A stretch of DNA of 32,000 nt from Cupriavidus necator. GTDB lineage: Bacteria > Pseudomonadota > Gammaproteobacteria > Burkholderiales > Burkholderiaceae. The position numbers and the translations under genes were made by a program. The notes beneath the pieces are model-generated. The model was not told where the DNA came from, made no database searches, and was given only the letters and a program-made list of their open reading frames with translations. Shown here piece by piece: positions 25,826 to 32,000 of the stretch (the first letter of the stretch is position 1; each line of letters begins with the position of its first letter). The stretch spans positions 240,001 through 272,000 of the forward strand of contig NZ_CP066019.1 in NCBI RefSeq assembly GCF_016127575.1. The letters run 5' to 3'.

Positions 25826-26857
25826 TTATTTTTCGGTCGGCCTGCCTGACTGGAAGCCAGCGACCAGGTCGTGTGCATTGGCTGGCTCGGCGATACGCAG
25901 CACCAGCTTGCTTGCCGCCTTGCCCGACTGGACCAGATCGAGTGCGCGCCCCGCGTGTTCCAGCGGCAGGCATTCGATGCGGGGCGGTCGCAGGCGCCCG
26001 CTGTCGAGCAGCGCCGCGATCTCGCGCAGCCGCGCGCCGCTGGGCATCTTGCTGAACGCCACCGCGGTGCGGACGCCGCGCTGCGCGGCTGCGGCAGGAT
26101 CCGGGCCGTTGTCGCCGCTGACCAGCGTCAGGATGGCGACAAGGATGCCGCCGGGCCTGAGCAGGTCCATGCCGTTCGGCAGGGTGCCGCAGCCAACGGC
26201 GTCCAGTACCAGGTCGACGCCAGCCGGCGCCCATGCCTGCATCGCGGCAGCGATGTCGCCGCCACGGTAGTCGATTGCCAGGTCGCAGCCGAGCGCCATC
26301 AGTTCGTCGCGGCGTGCCGCGCTGCAGGTGGCTGCGACGGTTGCCCCGGCTGCTTTTGCCAGTTGCACGGCAAACGTGCCGACCGCGCCGGCACCGCCAT
26401 GAACCAGCACCGTCTGCACTGGCTTGAGTCCGCCTTCGTCGAAGAGTCCCGTCCAGGCGGCCAGCGCCGGGGTCGGGACGGCCGCGGCCTCGGCAAATCC
26501 CAGATTGTCGGGAATCGGCACCACGCAATCCTGGCTGACCGCGACGTATTCGGCATAGGAACCCCACTTGCCTGCGCCGACCGCGGTTTGCGCGAACACG
26601 CGCTGTCCCGGGACGAAATCCTTGACGCCGCTTCCCACCGCTGCCACGACGCCGCTGGCATCGAAGCCGATCACGAACGGGAAGCTGTACTGCATGAAGT
26701 GGCTCAGATAGCCTTCACGGCATTTCCAGTCAGCGGGATTCACGCCGGCACAGGCCACGCGGAGCAGGACTTCGCCGGCAGCGGGTTCCGGCGTCGGGAG
26801 GTTTCCAAGCCTGAGTACGTCGGGTCCGCCGGTACGATCAATGACGACAGCGCGCAT
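25826..26857 (-). CDS. Zinc-independent MDR-family NADPH:quinone oxidoreductase-like protein
   Basis: MRAVVIDRTGGPDVLRLGNLPTPEPAAGEVLLRVACAGVNPADWK, plus the Rossmann motif VLVHGGAGAVGTFAVQLAK. ATG 26857 has a GGAGAA SD, whereas ATG 26869 has none. Confidence 0.85.
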   Translation of the reverse strand: MRAVVIDRTGGPDVLRLGNLPTPEPAAGEVLLRVACAGVNPADWKCREGYLSHFMQYSFPFVIGFDASGVVAAVGSGVKDFVPGQRVFAQTAVGAGKWGSYAEYVAVSQDCVVPIPDNLGFAEAAAVPTPALAAWTGLFDEGGLKPVQTVLVHGGAGAVGTFAVQLAKAAGATVAATCSAARRDELMALGCDLAIDYRGGDIAAAMQAWAPAGVDLVLDAVGCGTLPNGMDLLRPGGILVAILTLVSGDNGPDPAAAAQRGVRTAVAFSKMPSGARLREIAALLDSGRLRPPRIECLPLEHAGRALDLVQSGKAASKLVLRIAEPANAHDLVAGFQSGRPTEK

Positions 26858-26873
26858 GCTCTTCTCCATGGGC

Positions 26874-27749
26874 TTAGCTTGCGGACAGGTCGTGGCTCAG
26901 GCCGGGATGTGCCCAGGACGGGATCACGGGCGGCGGCAGCATGCCCTTGCCATCCAGCGTATGGACGTCCAGCCCGTGCGCCAGGGGGAAGTGCAGGCTA
27001 TGGGCGATGTGGCCGGTGCGCAGCCGGGCCGGCACGCTGCAGAGTGCAAGCGCCGTTTCCACCAGGTACTCCACCGGCTCGGTCGGATAGCCGTCCGGGA
27101 TATAGCGCTCGCTGCCTGGCGTGAGGATCGCCGTGCTTGGCGCTACCGAATTGACCGCGATATTGTCGGCCTCCAGTTCTGCCGCCAGGCCCTCTGTGAA
27201 CCGGTTGATGGCAGCCTTGACCGCGGCGTAGGCCGTGACCCCGCCAGCCCGGTCAAAGTCTTGATACGGGCGAGCAGGCGACAGGGCGGTGACGGAGCCC
27301 AGGTTCAGGATCCATCCCGCGCCGCGCGTGCGCAGCAGCGGGATCGCTGCGCGGCTGAGCACGAAGGGGATGCGCAGGTAGTGCTCGACCGTCCTGTCGA
27401 AGATTTCCAGCGGCATCGATTCGATGCCGCTGTATTCCGCCATGCCGGCATTGTTGACCAGGATGTCGAGACCGCCCGCGGCGCTTGCCGCCCGCGCCAC
27501 CAGGTTGTCGCGCTGCGCCGGGTCTTCGAGGTCCGCCGCCAGCGCGATGGCACTGCCCCCTTGCCGCCTGATCTGGCCAACCGTCTCGGCCAGCGTGCCA
27601 GGTTCGTCCTCGGACTCGCCTGCGCGCCGTGCCGTGGCAACCACCAGCGCGCCCTCCACCGCGAAGCGCTGCGCGATGGCACGGCCGATGCCGCGGCTGG
27701 CGCCGGTCACCAGCGCAATCTTTCCTGTCAGTTTTCCGTGTGCGGTCAT
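26874..27749 (-). CDS. Short-chain dehydrogenase/reductase (classical SDR)
   Basis: From ATG 27749: MTAHGKLTGKIALVTGASRGIGRAIA. It has NNAG and YAAVKAA (YxxxK) motifs. The ATG overlaps the upstream TGA (ATGA). Confidence 0.85.
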   Translation of the reverse strand: MTAHGKLTGKIALVTGASRGIGRAIAQRFAVEGALVVATARRAGESEDEPGTLAETVGQIRRQGGSAIALAADLEDPAQRDNLVARAASAAGGLDILVNNAGMAEYSGIESMPLEIFDRTVEHYLRIPFVLSRAAIPLLRTRGAGWILNLGSVTALSPARPYQDFDRAGGVTAYAAVKAAINRFTEGLAAELEADNIAVNSVAPSTAILTPGSERYIPDGYPTEPVEYLVETALALCSVPARLRTGHIAHSLHFPLAHGLDVHTLDGKGMLPPPVIPSWAHPGLSHDLSAS

Positions 27750-28411
27750 GGCGCGTATTCCTCTGTGCGGTTGTGGTTGGCAATCAGGCTTGTCGCGAGC
27801 GGGCAGAAGGCGTGGGAGATCGCCTGGACTGTCCATTCGGGAAACTCGGGGTCGAACCATCGGTCGACGCGGCCCCAATGAAAGGGGTGCATCAGGTATT
27901 CGCCCAGCAGGTCGTCCGCGCTGGCGAACTCCTGCTGCCAGACATGGGTCCAGGTGCCGGGCGACAAGACGCGGGCAAGGCGCCAGTTGCGGATGCCGGG
28001 CATGTAACCGGGCATCCGCAGCAGGTCCTGCTCAAGTGCGCGGACCTGCCGGTCCGGCGCTTCAGGCCGGACCCGGAACATCAGCGTGCGCCAGATCCCG
28101 TGGCGCAGCTGAGGGGCGCGCAGACCGCCCGAGATCGGGTGATAGGCGACGCTATCCACCTCTGCCATGCCGTCCAGCGCGGCAGCCAGGCCGGTGCCGT
28201 GACCGGGCGAGCCGGATGCAGTCGCGCCGAATCGCAGGTCGAGCGTGTAGTCGCCAGCGCCCCAGCTTCCCGCCAGGTTTCGGCCAATCGCCACATGGCG
28301 CAGGCCCGGCAGTGTTTTAACGCGGGCAAGCAAGGCTTGCTCCTGTGTGCACGTCCCGGCGCTGAAGCCGGCGTGCAATCGCACCTGTGCTGTCTCAAGC
28401 CGCATCGCCAT
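27746..28411 (-). CDS. Tandem Dabb (stress-responsive alpha+beta barrel) domain protein
   Basis: The 221-aa protein contains two ferredoxin-like repeats, each with the pattern h-x-h-x-F-x...ip-G-h....G-x-N/R. The second repeat ends in HPFHW. Confidence 0.65.
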   Translation of the reverse strand: MAMRLETAQVRLHAGFSAGTCTQEQALLARVKTLPGLRHVAIGRNLAGSWGAGDYTLDLRFGATASGSPGHGTGLAAALDGMAEVDSVAYHPISGGLRAPQLRHGIWRTLMFRVRPEAPDRQVRALEQDLLRMPGYMPGIRNWRLARVLSPGTWTHVWQQEFASADDLLGEYLMHPFHWGRVDRWFDPEFPEWTVQAISHAFCPLATSLIANHNRTEEYAP

Positions 28412-28739
28412 GCTCCTTGCGCCGGGGCCGCGCAGCTGTCGCCTCGGCCATCACATGGCGGCGGCGGGCTTCACACAGCGTGCCGACTGTCGACCAGAAG
28501 GCTAGGGCCGGAGCATCGATGCTTGCGCGCATGGCGTAGTAAGCCGGCGCATCCGCCACTTGCCACAGCAGCCACAGCGTATTGGGTGCATCTTCCAGCG
28601 CCACGGGCGGCGACACCCAGCGCTGCAGCAGTGCCAGGCCCCTGGCGGCGCTGCCAGGCAAGTACTGACTTTCCAGCAGGCTCAGCACAGTGGGCAGGTG
28701 CCCGGGCGCGAGCACGATTTCATCGAGGATGTGGATCAT
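28395..28739 (-). CDS. Small hypothetical protein, possibly a NIPSNAP/dimeric alpha+beta-barrel fold
   Basis: From ATG 28739: MIHILDEIVLAPGHLPTVLSLLESQYLP... (114 aa). It overlaps the next gene's start by 17 nt. The family assignment is a guess from the sequence pattern only. Confidence 0.45.
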   Translation of the reverse strand: MIHILDEIVLAPGHLPTVLSLLESQYLPGSAARGLALLQRWVSPPVALEDAPNTLWLLWQVADAPAYYAMRASIDAPALAFWSTVGTLCEARRRHVMAEATAARPRRKEHGDAA

Positions 28740-28991
28740 TGTGTGTCTCACGCGGCGCAGGCAGGGCAGCAGGGCTGCGATGCCGGAGCCGCGGGTTTGC
28801 GGGAGGGAAGCGCGGTCATTGGGTTGTCCCGTATAGGCATGGTGTTCATCGCATGGCAACCTCCATCGCCCAGGCCGTGCGCAAGCTGTCGCGCGGGTGG
28901 AAGTGCCGGGATGATTATGGGAGGCCAGGTCGCACCGGATCCCCACCCGAACGATCAACCATCGCTACCGAAGCAATCACGACCAGCGACC

Positions 28992-30020
28992 ATGAATGCC
29001 CACATACCGGGGAATCCCGTACCTGTTCCGCACGGCATGGTGCAGCGCCTGCTGGACGAACTGAAGCGGCAGGGCGTCGAGGTACCACCTGCCGCCGGCG
29101 CATCCGGGCATGCGCCGCCCGCCAGGTTCACCGCGCTCTATCGCGCCGCGATCGAGCGGCTGGAAGCCCTGGTCGCCAAAGGCAACGGCCATCCCCCCAT
29201 GCGCAAGCAGGAAGTGGACTTGCTGTGCCGTTGCGTCTTGAGCAGCCAGACGCTGAGGGAGGCGATCCGCTGCGCTGCCGACTTCTGCGCGATGCTGTAT
29301 CCGCGCGCCGGTGCGCTCAGCCTCGGGCAAAGCGCAGGGCAGGCGGTGTTCCGCATGGATTCGCTGCGGCGTGCGAACTCCTCCGCGGCTTGCCTGGTGG
29401 ACCTGACCGGGCTCTTCTTCTATATGCTGCTGTTCGGCTGGCTGGTCGGCCAGCCGCTGCGCCCGACGCACGTCTACCTGGCGCATCCCCGGCGCGAGGA
29501 CGCCATGCCTTTCCTGGGCTTGTTCCATGCCGCGGTCACGTCCGGGGCCCAGACCTACGGATTCGAATTCGATGAGGCCTTGCTCGACCGGCCGGTCGTG
29601 CGCCAGGCCGCGGAGCTCGATGCGTTCCTGGAAGACTTTCCTTACCGGCTGATCGGTGCGCCGGTCGAGGTCGTATCACTGAGCCAGCAGGTGCATGGCA
29701 TCCTGCATGCAGCGCTGGTGCATGGCGCGCGGCTGCCAACGCTGGCTGAACTGGCCATGCGCTTTGACGTGAGCGAACCGACCCTGCGCCGCCGTCTCGC
29801 TGCCGACGGCAGCAGCTACCGGGTACTGCGCGAACACAGCCTGCAGGAATACGCGGAACAATGCCTGTGCACGACCAACTGGCCGGTAGGAAGAATCGCG
29901 GAGCAGCTTGGCTTTGCCAGCGAGGAAGCGTTTCGCCGGGCGTTCCAGCGCTGGAACGGGCATGCGCCGACGCGCTTCAGGCGGGAAAGCAGGGGTGAGG
30001 TGGTGAACGGGAGTTCGTGA
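28992..30020 (+). CDS. AraC-family transcriptional regulator with an N-terminal ligand-binding (Arabinose_bd-like) domain
   Basis: From ATG 28992 (MNAHIPGNP). The C-terminal dual HTH is LPTLAELAMRFDVSEPTLRRRLAADGSSYRVL...GRIAEQLGFASEEAFRRAFQRWNGHAPTRFR. The 486-aa track ORF is an upstream extension. Confidence 0.85.
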   Translation: MNAHIPGNPVPVPHGMVQRLLDELKRQGVEVPPAAGASGHAPPARFTALYRAAIERLEALVAKGNGHPPMRKQEVDLLCRCVLSSQTLREAIRCAADFCAMLYPRAGALSLGQSAGQAVFRMDSLRRANSSAACLVDLTGLFFYMLLFGWLVGQPLRPTHVYLAHPRREDAMPFLGLFHAAVTSGAQTYGFEFDEALLDRPVVRQAAELDAFLEDFPYRLIGAPVEVVSLSQQVHGILHAALVHGARLPTLAELAMRFDVSEPTLRRRLAADGSSYRVLREHSLQEYAEQCLCTTNWPVGRIAEQLGFASEEAFRRAFQRWNGHAPTRFRRESRGEVVNGSS

Positions 30021-30068
30021 AGCGGTAATTCCAGCTGTCGGCGACAGAGAACAGGCTGCGCGCGCCCG

Positions 30069-31183
30069 TTACCTGCGACGCGGCAGACGCACGTCAAACG
30101 CGGTCCCTGTCTGGTCGGAGCGCGCCTCGATCGATCCCTGATGGGCCTTGGTAATCTCGCTCACTATATACAGCCCGAGTCCGAGGCCGTCCGCGTTTTT
30201 GTGCTCCTGATCCGGGCCTCTCCTTAGCGGGTCAAAAAGGCGCTGCAGCGACAGCGGGTCAATGGCGGGACCACTGTTCCTGACCTCGAGACGGACTTCC
30301 GCGTCATGGCCGGTGACTACAACGCGGACCGGCTCGTCCGGCGCGCCGTACCTTATCGCATTGAGCACCAGATTAGAAAGCAGTTGCTGCAGGCGCGGAC
30401 CGTCCCAAATACCCTGCACGTTGTCCTTCACCTCAAGATCGATGCGGCGGGCCGGATACGCCGCACGCAACTGGTCCACGGTATCGGCAACCAAGTCAGC
30501 CAGATCGACGTCGTCAGGCGTGATGTTGATACCCAAGCCGAGTTTTGTTCGGTTGAAATCGCACAGATCATTCAGAAGAGAATTCATGCGGGAACCACTT
30601 CGAATCAGCCGGGCTGCAGCTTCCGATACCTTCTCCCCAGCGTTCAGCGCGCCAGATATGTGGCGGTCGTCTGGATGGTCTGCAGTGGGCTGCGCATATC
30701 GTGCCCAACCATGCCGAGCAACAGGTCGCGAGCCTGCTCTACCTCCGAATGGAAAAAATCCACGGATTCCGCGACTGCCTGATCGATAGCCTCGTTGAAC
30801 CGCATTACTTCGTCCAGATCCGGGGCGGCCGGCTGACATTCGTCAATCCACAAACGCAGCACGCTGGCGCGCAGCGCCCGGTATTCAGCGACCAGTTGAT
30901 TGATGTTGAAGCCACCGCGCGCGCGCATGAGGGCGTGTGATTGTGCGGCGGTCTCCGGCGCACCGAGTAGCCTGGGGGCCTGCCCCATTGATTTTTTGCG
31001 TTGAGCTTCCCTCGTTTGCGGGGTCAACAAATCCTTCGCCACGGCTTGCAGGATCTGCGGTGCGTGGTCACGCAGCGCGAGGGAGTCCATGCTTCTTGCG
31101 GCAGGCAGCAGGGTGGTCGCAAACTCCTCCCATACCGCCACAATGCGCCCTGTATTCCGCAAGATGAAGTCAGCTAGTCGCAT
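30069..31183 (-). pseudogene. Sensor histidine kinase interrupted by a 1-nt frameshift (or a sequencing error)
   Basis: ORF 31183-30644 carries the sensory N-domain and the H-box LGMVGHDMRSPLQTIQTTATYLAR, then stops. The HisKA continuation LNAGEKVSEAAARLIRSGSRMNSLLNDL and the full HATPase_c domain (N, G1 and G2 boxes: NLVLNAIRYG, DGLGLGLYIV) continue in another frame at 30069-30650. Confidence 0.7.
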
Positions 31184-31360
31184 GTCTCCCCCTGAAGCAA
31201 CTGAGCAAGCCCCGGAAATGCACTCTTGAGAATTTATCTTAGGCTAGTTGTCAGCGGTTCCAAGTAGCGTCGGAAACGGCCTGGAATGACCGATTCGGCA
31301 CAAACGTCGGTTGAGCCGTGGGGGCGAAATTCGTCTCCCGCAGATCCCTGGCGGCCCCGT

Positions 31361-32000
31361 TCAACGCCGTTGCAGGCCGCCAGACCTGTGCTTCCTGACC
31401 GCACGCAGCACCAGGCCCGCCAGCACCGCGACGACCGCCAGGATGCCGATGGCGACAAAGAAAGGTAAGGGCCGGTCGATTGCCAGGCTTTCCCCGGCGA
31501 CGACGATACCCAACGCATAGCCCGCTTCGGCGATGGCCATCGCGGCCAGGAATTTCCGGAAGGGGTAATGCATGGAGCCGAACAGATAACCGGGAATTTC
31601 CGACGGAACCGCGATACAGAACAGCAGCACCGCCCAGAATTTCATGCGCTGCGATACGTAGTCCTGGTATTTCGCGAGCTTGTCCTCGTAACCGCTACGG
31701 GCGAGCAATGGATAAGCCAGGCGGCCGATGCCGAAGGCGGCCACAGCGCCCAGCAGCCAGCCGCCCCAGAGCAGAACAATGGTGAGCGGCTTGCCCCACA
31801 CCTCGGTGGCCGGCGGCACCAGGACCACGCTCGAGGCGAAGGCGAGCATGGCAGACACGGCCGAGAACAGGAAGAAGACCAGCGCGCCTGCCGCGGGGTG
31901 CTGTTCCATCGTCGCCCGCGCCCAATCGATGGCCTGGTCGACGAAGGCCTTGAACGGAGGCGACAGGACGACCAGGCCAATCAGCACCGTCGCGGCGCCG
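31361..32000 (-). CDS. TVP38/TMEM64 (DedA/VTT-domain) family membrane protein; the 5' end may lie beyond the window
   Basis: Multi-TMS ORF containing FASSVVLVPPATEVWGKPLTIVLLWGGWLLGA...IAVPSEIPGYLFGSMHYPFRKFL. The reading frame stays open to the window edge upstream of the GTG at 31987. Confidence 0.65.
   Translation of the reverse strand, partial: GAATVLIGLVVLSPPFKAFVDQAIDWARATMEQHPAAGALVFFLFSAVSAMLAFASSVVLVPPATEVWGKPLTIVLLWGGWLLGAVAAFGIGRLAYPLLARSGYEDKLAKYQDYVSQRMKFWAVLLFCIAVPSEIPGYLFGSMHYPFRKFLAAMAIAEAGYALGIVVAGESLAIDRPLPFFVAIGILAVVAVLAGLVLRAVRKHRSGGLQRR

Noticed and set aside
30021-30068. A hairpin between the convergent AraC and kinase genes (CTGTCG-G-CGACAG) as a bidirectional terminator.
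   Set aside because: The stem is only 5-6 bp with a loop too short to be sterically feasible, and there is no T-tract.
1-32000. Scan for tRNA, rRNA, CRISPR arrays, long tandem repeats and integrase/att sites.
   Set aside because: By eye I saw no T-loop (GTTCGAATC-like) or cloverleaf candidates in the intergenic regions, no regularly spaced repeats and no intact recombinase. An automated scan (tRNAscan-SE, Infernal/Rfam, a CRISPR finder) would be needed to be definitive.

Overview
This is a high-GC window from a betaproteobacterium. I place it in Burkholderiales because it has two Bug/TctC-type periplasmic receptors and a trimeric-type porin ending in Phe. Cupriavidus/Ralstonia-like is only a guess. 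The window opens with core metabolism (ilvD and its terminator), then becomes an accessory mosaic of small regulator-plus-operon modules separated by gene remnants.

The standout is a tightly coupled minus-strand operon at 12745-18108 plus a divergent gene at 18107-19309. It encodes an EgtB-like C-S/C-Se bond-forming enzyme (SenA-like), a GT-B glycosyltransferase (SenB-like), a Cys-type selenophosphate synthetase (SelD/SenC) and a PhnDCEE-like ABC importer. No Sec-decoding or selenouridine genes are present in the window. I read this as a selenoneine-type small-molecule organoselenium pathway with a dedicated, uncharacterised selenium-oxyanion uptake system. The locus is bracketed by decayed transposase genes on the left and a truncated LysR gene on the right.

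Other modules:
- A GntR-centred locus (porin, epimerase, Bug receptor, esterase, RidA).
- A DHA2 MFS pump.
- A PQQ-type sugar dehydrogenase lipoprotein.
- A LysR / threonine-synthase-like PLP enzyme / Bug receptor unit.
- A compositionally foreign yddG-like exporter.
- An AraC-controlled four-gene operon (alpha+beta-barrel protein, tandem Dabb protein, SDR, quinone oxidoreductase-like).
- A frameshifted sensor kinase.
- A partial TVP38/DedA-type membrane protein at the right edge.

I found no rRNA, tRNA or CRISPR array. Many long ORFs in the supplied track are wrong-frame or antisense shadows typical of high-GC DNA, and I rejected them.
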